A DNA stretch of 48,552 bases, counting the filler, from Sphacelaria rigidula (Eukaryota): the NCBI GenBank assembly GCA_964200075.2. It is 2 parts of 2 records of this genome, joined end to end, with 100 filler letters (N's around TTAATTAATTAA, not from the genome) between each part and the next. Parts side by side here need not be neighbours in the genome. Positions count along the whole stretch, not along the records: positions 24,346 to 48,552 come from CAXNAA020000216.1; 1 more part is not named here. One strand, given 5' to 3'. The notes under the pieces are model-generated. The model did not search any database. It had not been told where the DNA came from and was given only the letters and a program-made list of their open reading frames with translations. This document shows, piece by piece, positions 25,108 through 38,000 of this stretch (the stretch's first letter is position 1; each line of letters starts with the position of its first letter). The translations under genes and the position numbers were made by a program.

Positions 25108-28100
25108 GTGAGACGAACTTCTGCGAGCGGATTGTCCTGTCAACCGTCACCTACCGACGAGAAAATTATGCCGAAGGCCAGCGCTCTGTCCCACTGTAGT
25201 GCTGCGTATTGTACTACCGAGAGCGCCATTTTCAGCAGGCGTCTGTAGTCATGCGCGGTTTATCTCTGTTAATACTGTTCTCGCCGCCTGATAATTGCAG
25301 TTTCAGGAGAAGCGAGCATAAGTATAGATTTCACCTGGAAACGCTTGTGCGCGAGGAACCTCGTGTGACAAATAGTCAGCCGTCGCTCCTGTGATAAATG
25401 CAGATATTTAATGCAACACACATGTGATTGTATGTGTTCGTGAGGGCTGGTGCTCAGGCTCATTCGACAGTACCATAAACATCATTCTTAACACCGGTAC
25501 CCTGCGGACATGAGGGGGATGAAACCACGTTAAACCTCTTTCGTGTCGATGACCTCCATACATTATGCACTCACCATGGCACCCCTCTCTGACGTTGAAT
25601 AATTCGCTTCTTGTACTACAGCCTGACGACATAGACGGCATCATGGCAACCATGACTCACATTCGCGACGTGCGGAAGAAAGCACCCATGGTCACCGGGT
25701 TGTTCGGGCCCCTAAAAGACACGGTGATGTTATTGAAGAGCAGAGGCATCGCCATGGACCTTCCGCCGGTGAACAAGCAGGTACTGCAAGAAAACCATCC
25801 CGTGGCACCGTCATTGAAACTCGCCATACATATTTACCGATGCATTGTGACGGCCCCGTACGAGACGTAGAACGAAAGCGTGAGGGTGACGTGACTTGAA
25901 CGTTGCTCAGCTTTGTGTGGCAATCTTGACTCGGATATATCCTAGCTGATGTGTCAAGAAGGACGAAAGTGTACGCGTACCCGTGAATCCTTCCACTCAC
26001 CAACAAGTCGGTATCCCAATGCACATGCGTGTCTTATCGTCAAGCGCAAGAAGCCACCAAGATGCCGGAAAACAGGTTTTCTCTGGATGGGGTAAAAGAG
26101 GTCGGTGCTCTACGGCTTGAATCGTCGTCAGCGTAGTAGTGAATCGACGTCATCGTGGGTGGTATGATATTGACTGACATGGAAGTTCATATCAGAACAA
26201 ATCAGGATTACTGTTGAAAAGTAGAGGTACCCTCATATATCTCCTCCCGCGAGTAAATGCGTACCGGCCCGAGAGACCCTTAAAAAACACCCGGCATTCG
26301 ATTGGCGTGCTATGTCGACAAGGTTGAGAGGAGTCAACCTGCATGCGTACCTCGTGTACCGTCGTCTACTTACATAGTGCGTATGACTCATGTAGAGGTT
26401 AATGGTTTGGTTGGCTGTCTCACTCATCCTCATGTCACAATTTGAACCCCTTCCCTTCCTCGGGACGAGTACGAGGTCTCAAGGGATTGAGCCCCCTCTG
26501 TCCCGCTAACGCCCTACATTTTGATCTCGCGGATTCGATCAGCCCGACCGCACCGCGTCGACGTGCCTCGAACAAAGTCAAACAAAACAAAAAGCTACTC
26601 ACGTCCTCACGCTTTCACCGACGGAGATCATCTTCGAGCTGGGCTGACCAAGGCTCCGTCGCCGCAGTCCACACGCCATACGCGGTATAATTTTCGATTT
26701 TCGGGGTGACATTTTGGCACGAGATGAACAAGACATAGGCCTATCCATATACATATTTTCCGGAATATGACCGTGCGGACACGTAGAACCAACTTGCCCA
26801 CAAAGCAAAAGGAGAAACGAGTTTTCTAGGCTGCAGCAAAGACTCATGTCATCGGTTGAAAGTCATGGATTTCTATCGTATGCCTGCCCAATATTGAGAC
26901 CCACGCAAAGAGTTTTCACCGACACTAACGATGGAGACGAGCGGAATGCGTGCATGAGGTACGAGCGTGGCCAACTTGGAGCCTCTTTTGGTGCATCACC
27001 AGCATTGCACGGCCTGTTCTTGAGAGTTAGAAGCTGAAATTTTGACACAAGATGTATATAATCGAGACGCAAAAGTGTATTGCCTTAGCCAGAGAGTGAG
27101 CGTTTACGCTGGCCCAGCTCGTAGTGAACAGCTACGTTGATTTGACATTGGAATATACCCAATGTGATTTGTTGCCTGTGGAGCAAGCGTCGAACCATAA
27201 GCTTTTCTTATCCGCATCTCGAATCCCTTCCCTTCCTCGGGACGAGTTCGTTGTCTCATGGGCTCAACCCATCTCTCCCCGGTACAAGCCTTGCAACAGG
27301 ATCTGCTGGATAGGGCCAGCACTCCCGCACCGTCTCAACTCTCGTCAAACAAACTCAGCCGATTATGCTTCGTCTCCCCACGTACACCCGCTTCCGAGGG
27401 TGGAATCAGATACTTCGAACAAATACCCCAGCGCATCATCTGCTGAATTCCACCGCCAACTTCGAACGGCGACGTATTTCCAATGGTTCCGATTCCTCAA
27501 CCTCTGAAGCAACAGAATACTGCGTCATAGCCCAGGCTTTTCAACCGGAGTGCTTATGTCTATGGTATTGCCACAAATAGCGAACCTTCACGACTTAATC
27601 ACCGCAAGCAGCCTACGCCAGGATCTTCTCAATCAAATCGTCCTAGCCGCAGCATGTTTTCGCGAAACGCAAGACACGCATTGTCGGATAGCTTCAATCC
27701 TCACTCGGGTGCGTCTTGTAACGTTCTCCCGAAACACACGCTCTGTGTTTTTCGAAATTACGGCGCAGCAACGAACGCAAGCGTTGTGGACTCATGACCT
27801 GATGTAGCGCTGTGTGCACGTTGTCAACCATGTAGTGACCGCGGGCGTTGAGACGTGTGGCTAGAGTAGGGCAACGTGTATCAGCATGCACCTGTGTACT
27901 ACTGTGTTCGATCTGTTGTTCAACCCATGTTCATATGCTCGTCTATCTGGATATGAACGTCGACCCGATGTAGCGAGAGGCCATAAATGAGACAGGAAGA
28001 AAGTTGAGTGATCGTCTGAATGACCTGCGTAGCATTTCAGTACATTAACTGGATAACTGAAAATGGGTACAGTGGCATGGGGCATTCACACCGATCCTCG

Positions 28101-31100
28101 ATGGGTCAACAACCAATCTACAAAGTATAATGCAACGTCATAAACCCGCAACCTGGAATGTTTGCATCTATTGGACATTAACCCTTTGGAAGTCCATTTA
28201 CTGCGTACTGTGCTACTCAGAGCTCTTGTACAGACTCAGTGGGCCAAAACGATACGGCCACAGGTCACCAAACAACCACTCCCGCTTCCGACAGAAACCG
28301 CCGGCTAAGAAAATATTCACATACGTAAAGTTCCCGAGGCCCATATGGACTTTATAGACGTCGGTGTCTGACGGAATTGCTGCACGGTGCCAATTCATGT
28401 ATCGTTCATGGCGCCTCTTTACAGCCACCCAGCGGTATCCATCTCACAGGTTTTCCGTCTGACATTTTTCTCGGTAAGACAAGAGCGTCACGGAGGAGTA
28501 CCCTGGTGTTTCGATATCGTGATTCATTCTCATATCGCTGAGCTGAGTAGTGCTCGCACTATTTTGGTGACTGTCATTTTGCTACATTTTGTTATTGAAC
28601 AGACGTTCGCCGTGATCATGTTTTTCTGCGGCCGTTTTCCCAGCCGGCGCTCGATTTCTTAGAATCGGCACATATGTTGTGGGACAACACTGTCAACAAA
28701 GCGTATCGAGTGAAAGGAGAGATACAACCCCTGCAGAATGCTGCTGCGGACGGCGTGCGCAAGGACGTTACTGCCTTCGGCGAGGAGGTACTACAGACCA
28801 AGAGTTGCGATAATATTTCGCGATTCCGAGTTTTCTAGAGCGGAGATGGCTTGTTGTAAAGGCTGGAGAATGGCCCCGCTTTCAGCGAAAATACGCCGCT
28901 AGCGGCGGATAACGGAATGTTTCTGGCTTCTATTTCTGTTAAGTTCATTTATAGACGTGTCCCGCTTCCGCTCCAGATCGTTGTGTGAAGCGCTACACGT
29001 TAGTAGGCACGTTTTGGTGGGTAGGCACGTTTCGGTGGGTATCAAAGGTCACGGGATGTCGTAGACACGCCGTCCATACCACTGTTGAATGGGCATGTGT
29101 GGCGCTGTAGTGATACCAAAAGGCCTCGAACTTCTGTAAACCGTATGTTTCAACAACAGGTGAAAGCGTTTGTGGCATTGTTTGCTCGCACGGCCCCCTT
29201 CGGCACAGCCACGCATCGAGACTCCAACGTCGACGGGAAGAAGCACGAGACCAATCCGGAGACACTAGTCGTTGCCAGCTACATGCGGTAACGACGCCAA
29301 CATTCTCCTGAATAGAAGTTCACTCGGTGCTGAACCTTCCGGCTTTGTTCCCATGGAGTTCGGTGCATGTAGTACTTTTTAGTCATGGTTGGAGATGCAT
29401 TCACTCCTAGCCGCTAAGATAATCTTGTGCCGTTTCACCCAGGTAGCGGAGAGGGCAAACTGGCCGTGCCTATACTCTGGATGATGCACGTATATAACAA
29501 TACCCTTGTAGCAGCCGAGCAAGACCGCAGCCAATTGCCGCGCCATGTGATGGTTTATGCAGACTCGACAAAGTCCAGTCTTCCCTGAGGGAGCTGGAAG
29601 CCAAGGCGGCCTCCATGCGGGAGCTTGAAGAGCTGTTTGAGCTTTCTCCGGCAAGGTCCGTACTTTCATTGTTGTACGAGATAATGTGTAGATCGTATAT
29701 CTGCTCACGTGTCCGCAGTCAACGGGATACTGTGTGCCCCTAATAGAGGTGTTTACCGATTGGCTGACCTCTGTGATGGGCAATGTCGATTGCCCGTGCG
29801 TGACTCAGGCTCTCCTGTAGTACACGATTCTTGATACCCAAGGTGGACAAGAGTTCCACCGGGGTTCCCGTGTGCATATCAATCGGTGCTGGTGACATAG
29901 TCCCTGTGCTGGACTTTGTGTCTAACGTTCTCCCCCCTTCCGTTTTTTTCCGGCCATTCAAGACACACCGGTCTAATGGAGGTCCGGTCTCAGCTTTGTC
30001 TCCTGAAGATGGTGTGGGATATGGTAGGGCTGGTGGAGGGGCTTTTCGCGTCGTGGACGGTTACGCTGTGGGCTGACATACAGGTGGTACCACGTGTGCC
30101 AAACCATCGCTGCCCGAGCGTGAATTGAAGCAGGAGGCAGCTGCAATAACCTATACAGTATGCTCTAGCGGCGAAAACCCGAGTCGAAAATATTTGGCGT
30201 TATAGTATCTTTCTAATTCCACGGTGAGAGGGATATCAGATGATCGCTGAAGGACCCCATTTCGGTACTTCGTCCTATCGACCAGCAATGCCTGCACGTG
30301 CAGGGGTGCGTCGATATTCTATTCGCTATTGCGAATGCGATGCTACAATGGCCCCGTGTAACACCGATAAACAGCAACGGCCAGACTTGGAGGCTGAGGT
30401 TCAGGCGTGGACCATCAACATATGAAACACGATACGACGGTGTCTGCAGTACGCCACGTGCTGCCTGCTCAAGTCCAGCTCACTGAGCAGCGACATTCAC
30501 TTGCGTTGCATTCAGTCCTGTTCATTCGCATCTAGGGTACAGGATGGCTGTCACCCCTGGCTTGGATACAGTTCTAGGCATGGAAACTACAATAATACAG
30601 CTGCTAGTGGGGATAGAGAGTTCACGCAGGGTTCCCGTGGGCATAGCTATCGCTGTGCCAATGTCAATGGTAAATATGGAATATGATGCGTACAACCTGG
30701 CCTTTCCGTAGCACGGGCAGTAAAAACGATAATTTTGCAATACCTGCGCTTTGCTGTCAACGGTCTGAGCAATCACCACTTGCTTGATTCACAATCGGCT
30801 CACCACAGCACCCAAACACAGCTACAGACGTTTGCCGTGGTCGTTACACATCGAAGTGAAGCTGCAGGCTGACCTCCACGCTGACTTACCGACGCCTTTG
30901 TCGGCGATCGGAGGGGCCTCCGCTCGACTGCAAACTTGTGCAACAAAAGATCTAAAAACGCGTAGAATAGGCCACTGTCTGAGTAATGACCATGACCCCC
31001 ATTACACGAATCCCGAACAATTACAGACGGATGAACTGCTGGAGGAGGTAAAATCGTTGCAGTTGCACATCCGAGGACTGCCGAGGCGGGTGCGAGACTG

Positions 31101-31158
31101 GGGTGTATATAAGGACGTTGACGGAAGAATCGTCAACATGTCCACCGTTCTTCCCTTG
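24984..31158 (+). CDS. Axonemal dynein heavy chain, outer-arm alpha/beta type (DNAH9/11/17, ODA4/ODA11-like); partial, tail leading into the DHC_N2 linker
   Basis: Seven phase-consistent GT-AG exons: 24984-25107, 25622-25780, 28644-28787, 29160-29287, 29563-29655, 29963-30083, 31027-31158 (901 nt). They encode STWVTKWIYIFAQSLQDHV.., MTHIRDVRK..LFGPLKDTVMLLK, LEELFEL, LKMVWDMV..W..TLWADI, LPRRVRDWGVY..NMSTVLPL, collinear with outer-arm dynein sequences as I recall them. Confidence 0.92.
25622..25780 (+). CDS. Dynein heavy chain exon (PDDIDGIMATMTHIRDVRKK...MDLPPVNKQ)
   Basis: ..actacag acceptor, GTACTG donor, phase 0/0. Confidence 0.9.
26441..26630 (+). repeat. Roughly 190-bp dispersed repeat family B; other copies at 27220-27400 (+), 47745-47931 (-) and a decayed one at 8076-8180
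   Basis: Shared start cccttcctcgggacgag and internal ccgcaccg...aacaaa; the copy at 47745-47931 is the reverse complement. Confidence 0.85.
28644..28787 (+). CDS. Dynein heavy chain exon (PALDFLESAHMLWDNTVNKAYRVKGEIQPLQN...FGEE)
   Basis: ..ttttcccag acceptor, GTACTA donor, phase 0/0; absent from the ORF track. Confidence 0.9.
29160..29287 (+). CDS. Dynein heavy chain exon (VKAFVALFARTAPF...ASYM)
   Basis: ..caacag acceptor, GTAACG donor, phase 0/2. Confidence 0.85.
29563..29655 (+). CDS. Dynein heavy chain exon (LDKVQSSLRELEAKAASMRELEELFELSPA)
   Basis: ..tatgcag acceptor, GTCCGT donor, phase 2/2. Confidence 0.9.
29963..30083 (+). CDS. Dynein heavy chain exon (HTGLMEVRSQLCLLKMVWDMV...LWADIQ)
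   Basis: ..ttcaag acceptor, GTGGTA donor, phase 2/0. Confidence 0.9.
31027..31158 (+). CDS. Dynein heavy chain exon (TDELLEEVKSLQLHIRGLPRRVRDWGVY...NMSTVLPL)
   Basis: ..ttacag acceptor, GTGAGG donor, phase 0/0. Confidence 0.92.
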
Positions 31159-31644
31159 GTGAGGACAAACTACAGCTCACTCGACGCTAAACTTCGATAT
31201 TAGTCCTGTAGTTTGCGTAAACCAGTGGTATGTGGTGATGAATACCCCTGAAACCGAGGGCGTCGTTATGGCGTGCGCTTGTTGTTAACAGGTGGACGTT
31301 GCCACCTTATACATCCGGTATCGCCCGAAGGCAAGGACTGATCAAATGTCAATCGGAGATACTTTGGCGCCCCAATACCTGGTACTCGGTACGCTTTTGT
31401 TCGACCAAGGAAATGAGAAATTAAGGACATAAAACACTGCGCAGCCGGATGATTAACGGGTGGCCTACTCTCTGTGGTGTCAGGATAGAGCTCAGGATGG
31501 GGCGCTACTGCTGTTCCGATCTTTTTCAGTTGGAATCTACACATTCTTCCAGGGCTTGCTTCAAAGCAATTGGCTATGATCACAAATCAGACGTACCGAA
31601 GGTGAACAGAATGGAAATATTTCCCAGAGAAACTCCGAAAAAGG

Positions 31645-32140
31645 GCGGGAGTGTACTCATGATCTTGCGTGCCATAGTCATATGACCATTGACCTCGCAT
31701 CTCTACAAAGCCGCGACGGAGCACGCCGGGTTTTCGTCGGACCAAGCTCGCAATCAATCACCAAGCGCGAAGCGCCGTTGTGCTCGGCAACTCGGATGGA
31801 GGGTGAGCTGCATCCTGCTAATATCATTCCATCCAAAGTGTACTGATTATTTTGCATTTTGATAAAGGCCTGCAATGAGTTGCTTCATTTTCTGATATCG
31901 CCACTTCCAGAGACAATCACGGCTCATCCACTGCCTCATGGGTGTCTCACCATTTGAACACCACGTAGTACGATCATCTCCTTTACGCGGAGTCAAGGTT
32001 CTCGCGACCCGCACAATATGATCTAGCTCGACCACCATCATGGTTATCGAAAATAAAACGCAAGTGCGCAAAATAAATCGGTAACCTGGTTGCCTAGCTT
32101 ACGCAATGAGTGGCGTGTTTTACACCGTCATCGCCAACCG
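31645..32140 (-). repeat. Third copy of repeat family A (reverse orientation); another fragment lies at about 43345-43455
   Basis: agttgcttcattttctgatatcgccacttccagaga is the reverse complement of the family A core. Confidence 0.88.
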
Positions 32141-34044
32141 ACGCCTTCCCCATACGGGGGTCTGCCCCTACAAAACTACGGGGGTCTGCCACGCCGGGTT
32201 TTCGCCGAACCAGGCTTAAACTCGAGAAATTGAGAGGGCAAAGAGTCAAAGATAAAACGAAAGGAGTAAACGGAACCAAATCGAGCGGCAAGCGAAGAAA
32301 AAGGGGAGGAGGGGAAGATGCAAACAAGCCAAGGCTGGCAGCACGCGGGTATAAGAGCGCAAGGTGATTCACGTCCGGAACCAGAAGCACGCATGCAGTT
32401 AAATTGCAAGTCATGGTGTACTTTGTATTTTGTGGTCGCGGATTACCGTTTGTTTGCTATTTTTGATTCCAGATGTCGTGCTATGAAACGACAAATCTGG
32501 CACATATCCACAATATCACTTCGAGGTGTAGTGATCACGAGTACTGTGCTGTACTCTCTGTACCCGTACTGTTGTCAGGTGCAGACCCCAAACCTACTGT
32601 CATTTTGTTCGTAATCATGTAATCATCTTTGTTATAATATCACCATACTAGAAATGGTATAAATATAGCCGATAACGACAAATTTGAAATAAACTGGATA
32701 AAATGGAGCCGTCATCATCAGTTCCAGTTAAACTCCAGTTCCGGTTTAACTGCCAGGATAAACTGGTCCACTTCACAGCCCTGCATGTCCGACTGCGACT
32801 TCTCTACTGTACTTCTAAGGAGTATAATATGCTCTATACGTAGTATATGTTGCGATGTAGGTGTGGCAATAGACGACAAATAATGTATTTCGGTAGGCAT
32901 TGTATACCGCAGTAGATTCTGGTATGCACTTATCGATATTCAGTGCCGCCATGCATAGATTTCGTACGCAATCTATCAATAGCGTTTTCCGTCATCAATA
33001 GATTTGATATACAACCTGTCAAAAGCCATTGTTGTCGTCAATACATTCGCCACGCGGTCTATCGATAGCCATTGTCACCATGCATGGATTTTGAGGACTA
33101 TAGATCAATACAACTGGTCGGCCACACTGTATTTCGGTGTAGGGCCGCAGCAGACTGCTGCCCGAAAAATATTGAGGGATACTGGTTTACCGATAGACAT
33201 TGCCGACGACAAAAGAAAGAGAAACTTGCCGATCGATGGCCACTATGATCAACAATATTGGCATTTACTACTGCAGCAGATTATATTGCTTTTGCAAGAA
33301 ATGCCGTCTATTGTTTAGGGTGTGGTTGTCTACCAGTAGTGAAGAAATGCGTTCAGCTACATTCAGTAACACTCTTTCTTGAGGTCTGGAGTTTATTGGA
33401 GGCCGCGGGGCCACTCAATGCCCCCAGAGAAGCACTAGGTGGCAACGATACGGAGGCGACGCTTGTGAAAAGACCCGCGCGCACTTCAAAATCAAAAGGT
33501 AAGCATGGAAGAGGTGGTGCATGCAAGGTTCTACCGTAGATACTGGAACACAAAACACACGCCCCCTCCTTGATCTGTCGGTGTCGTAACTCAGCTACCT
33601 CTTCTCCGTTCCAGCGCATAGGTGACAGGCACGACAGAAACACTTATGCTCATGCGTTCCCGCTATCGGGAATGTAGTGGTGTGGTGATGTTTCAATAGA
33701 CAGGCTTCGCTGTATCAATGGACAGGGGCTTCTAGAGGACACTCAGGAGACTTCACTTACGTTTTGCAGCAAAATATGTGATCGATGGCGTTCACGGGCG
33801 CGTTTTTGGTTTAGACCGAATGAAACACGTCGTTTTCTCTTCTAAAAGCAGAGAAAACGGAAGTTGGGTTGGAAGAGGGAGAGCGGTGGGTGAAAAGAAC
33901 TATCGAACCCGATCTGTACTTAATGAGCAAATCAGTGTTGCTCCACTCAAGACACGAACGTCAAACCAGATTACATCTTTATTGCAACTCCCTGCCGCCA
34001 TGTCAGTCTTGTTAGCCCATACAAAAGATTCTGCTGTGAGTGTA

Positions 34045-34246
34045 ATGCGTGGGAGGACCGCGTGCTTCATGAACCGCATCGGAATATAAACGCCCCAGGA
34101 TCGACGATTTTCAAGACCGAGTGGGTCAGTCCCTGCAGGTACCGCGCCCCTGACCCTGATCCCAACCCGAACACTAACACTAACACTAAGCATAGGGGTG
34201 TCGAAACTCCAATGCGGTCCGTAAAGCACGTGGTCCGCCCCTGCAT
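34045..34246. mobile_element. Small TIR element with a telomere-like hexamer core
   Basis: Roughly 50-bp imperfect inverted ends (gggaggaccgcgtgcttcatgaaccgcatcgga / tccaatgcggtccgtaaagcacgtggtccgccc) around ccctga-ccctga-..-cactaa x3. Confidence 0.7.
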
Positions 34247-35050
34247 GACGGGAAGTTATGTATCGTAGCTGCTTTCGCTAGTGTTCGAATGAAGGCTCGT
34301 CATCTACCTTCATACGCGGAACAATAATTGTCCGAGCTCAACGGTAGATTGGAACGGTTAGATTGAATCATCACAAGTTGAAGTTGTACCACTACTTGCT
34401 ATAAACGACATTCAAAAACCAAGATACAGACGGTGCTGTCTGACATGCAATATTCCAACACTTGAGCCTCGAGGACCCGTCGGGCTGCCCTTACAGCGTG
34501 CTCCTTCCCCGAGGAAAACGACAGCACATAAATCAACCACATACCGTCTGCCCACAGGCACAGATCTTTACGTTCCTACGAGACCCCCCCCCCCACCCCC
34601 TCTTCCTCTTCTCGAAAATAAAATACCACACCACTGCAAAAAATAGCAGAAGGCAAGACAAACTATACGGCAGCTAGCCAGCCGAACGCCGACGATCGGA
34701 CGCAAACCATAAGCGCCAAAACAGCCAAACGTCAACGGAATGAATTGGAACATAACGAAATACACGAGATATATCACTATCGGTGGCGTGATGTTTCCTC
34801 TGACCGCTTTTGGGCCCATAAAATCGCCCGCTCCCCCGTAAAGGCGTTTTTGTCATAACATGGTACTATCCACCGCACCGCACCCGTTACTTGAAGGATG
34901 CACAACATCCTGATAAACCCATCTCTAGCCTTTTCAGGACTTTCACCACCGAAAACCGGTTGAATAGCATCGTCATCAGGTGCACGCTGGGTTGTCGTGC
35001 GCTCAGACTGCACGAGAAACAGCGCTCATAGCTGCTGACTCCGGGTGCTC

Positions 35051-38000
35051 CTACACTGCATCACGGCGTTCGGAAACTTTCCACGGTCCGCGAGCAGTAT
35101 GACTCAGAACCCCTTCCTCTGACACCTTTTCCTCTTGCGCCACAAACCGTTCCTGAACACTGAGCCGGAGAACACTGTGAGACGGACCAGGTTCTTCCAC
35201 AACCCCTTTCTCCTTTCTTGAGGCTAAACCGACGCCAACAACCTCGATAACAATGGAAAGAAACATCAAACAATGCCCTGCAACAAGTACCCCAGCAAAC
35301 GCGCGTTGACTATCACTTCTTTCTTGCGAAACATCCACCTTCAACAGCAGTAGGTCGAACATATTGAGAAACACGATCACATGTCCCCCACGTGATAGCC
35401 ACATGTCAGACTCCGATGTGTACGGCGAAAGCACCTCGTACACCACCAAGAAAAAGAAGGATATCAGCATGGTTATCGCAATTTGCGCGGCGTCATTTGG
35501 GTAGATGAAAACGACGACACCAGTCAGCATAACCCGGCGTCCGCACTCGATGACCTCATAGTAGAAACGGCCCGGCCTGTACGGCTTCCATAGGTCGGCA
35601 ATCGGCTGCGCTTCCGTCTTGTCCGCATTAGGATCCACCAAGATGTCACGACGGGAATACAAAAGTAAAGCGTACAGTAGCGGAACCCCCATAGGGTACA
35701 CAGCGATCATGATACCGGCATAGACTTCGAGAGCCTGGTGTTTAGCATCCGTGCAAAGGATCCGGTAGTCTGCTCGGAGATACTTGTGACCATCGTCGAG
35801 AAAGTCACACGCAAATGTCTGGAACACCGTCGCCGAGACCGACGAGTACACCAGAAATGTCACAAGAAGCAGAGCAGATAAATGCTTGTGGCGAATTCTC
35901 TCAACCCCTGCCCCATCACCGCCAGAGGCGGCATTTTTACGAAGCGCGGCCATGTACGTCAATGCTAGACAGCCAACGACCACGAGCGGTCCCAGCGTGC
36001 TGGCTAGTAGCCGGTCGTGGAAGTCTATGTTGATGCCCGGCCAACATCCGGCCGCAACTATGGAGCCAACATCGAGGTTAACCACATCAACCGCGTTGAG
36101 AAAGTCCTGGTACACACCTGGGTAAGATATATTGGCAATCGACGCGAACTGCGCGGGAAGAGTAACAGGCAAATATTTATAGAGCAGTGACGCTGATAGC
36201 GCAGCGTGGGTGCCTAATTTGAAGTTTTTAGTCACGTCAAGTATACTCGGATGTAAGGCATATGACAACGGCGAAAATATCTATATTCTATATTTTTCCG
36301 GCTAAACGAAGAACATCATGGCAGTCACGACCTAGCCTTAACCCTACACAGCGAACTCGAGTCTATTTCATGTACAACGTAAACCCTACCCAATGTACAG
36401 TGACGTCGCACCTCGTCAATGACTAGGGGTAGGGGTCCAACAGACGAGTCTGCATAACCACAAAAAGGCAGGCCGGGGCGTTTCCTGTCGCCTCCATGCT
36501 ACAATTTCGAGAGAGTATAGATTCTTCAGCCGGGACCCGGCACTGGGCCGGAAAACCAGGGCTTAGATGGGAACTGAATTGCCACGAGAAGAATTCCGGC
36601 GAAATTGCGGCCAAAGAAAGGTACTCGGTGGGCGTGTTATTCGAAGATTAATGGCGATGCCCTCTTTTGGCGAGGACCGTGCACGATATGATCTCCTTAT
36701 ATTCTGCCGGTGGCTTCAGCATCAATGACCCCGATACGTCGAGCTGTTCTAAAACATGAATGTAAAGATGCGAAGTAAAGGGGGCTGTGTGCCTGGCAGA
36801 TGGTCGCTCAAACACGGGATTGCTCTCAAAGTCTTTCGGTACAACAACAAATGTCATCACGGTAGCCGCCAACGAAGGTGAATCGCTTGCCTGGGTCACA
36901 ATTTGCCACACAACGACGACGATTTTGAACGCCTGTAGGGGCAGACCGCGAGAAACCCGACGATGGAGGCACCCCACCCCCCTCTCTTCCGGCTCCGTGG
37001 AGAGTAAATGCGCTAGAATTACTGCGATCGCGCAGACAGTAACCACCGCGACGACCGCCGCTATGGCCACAAGTCCGTTTTGTCTTGAATTGGAGCACCG
37101 CGTGCAGGTGTGAGCCAGAGATGGCGAATATCCAACTTCGCATACAGCACAATCTAGAACGACATGCAGAGAAACGTCGAAGGAAGGCAGTGCTGGTTGA
37201 TTTGGGAAGTAACAAATGTGAAGCATATGCTTTTCTACCACTGATCGGCAGCATTTATACTTCAGGCTAGCTATGACTCACATGCCCCTCGGTACCCATC
37301 GTCACAGTAACTGTTTCCCCCCGTTCGTCCTCCAATACAAGCATCCGGGTTGTAGCAAGAAAGGATGTTGTAACTTGTGTTCGTTGCGCGCCAGTAGCCT
37401 TTAGCGACGCTCAGCGTTTCCAGCGAGGTACCCTCTTCCTCGGCATCGGTGTGCTCTAGTGTAACGGAGCATGTTGGTTGAATCTTGACGTTTTTAACGG
37501 TGCAACTATCGCACTCGTCGAATGCAGGGCAGCCGTGACAGACCGTGTCATAGCGCGCAGTGTCAACGTCCTCGTGAAACCAAACGGGTGCGTCGGCAGG
37601 AGGGCGGAAGGGGCGGGGGGGAGAGGACTGCCATTTTTTCGAAGTAGACACGGGCCCGTGTGCTGGGCTGACTTCTGCGACCGAGCATGCGAACGATATG
37701 TGAAGTACGTTTGACCTGGGACATTCGTTGGCGGCAACGAGAGACCGCGGGGCCGTTATATTATTCAATCCGAGTTTAGGGTGCACCAGCGCATTGGTTT
37801 CGCGGTGTTGGCAGTGAAATAACGTTTGCGCAAGGTACATGGCGCAAAACAATTGTGGCTCTACGAGGGACGGAAATGCGTAGGGCGTGACACGCCTCCA
37901 CACCTGAGGGATGTCTTCAACGAATTCTCCCGTTTCACAATAGAAGGTGTTATGGGCGAACGTCGAATCGCTGATGTTTGCGAATCCGACAGCAGCGATG

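Noticed and set aside
31292..31381. Candidate next dynein exon after ..ttaacag
   Set aside because: Peptide VDVATLYIRYRPK.. does not resemble the conserved LHxxAMRxRHW segment expected next
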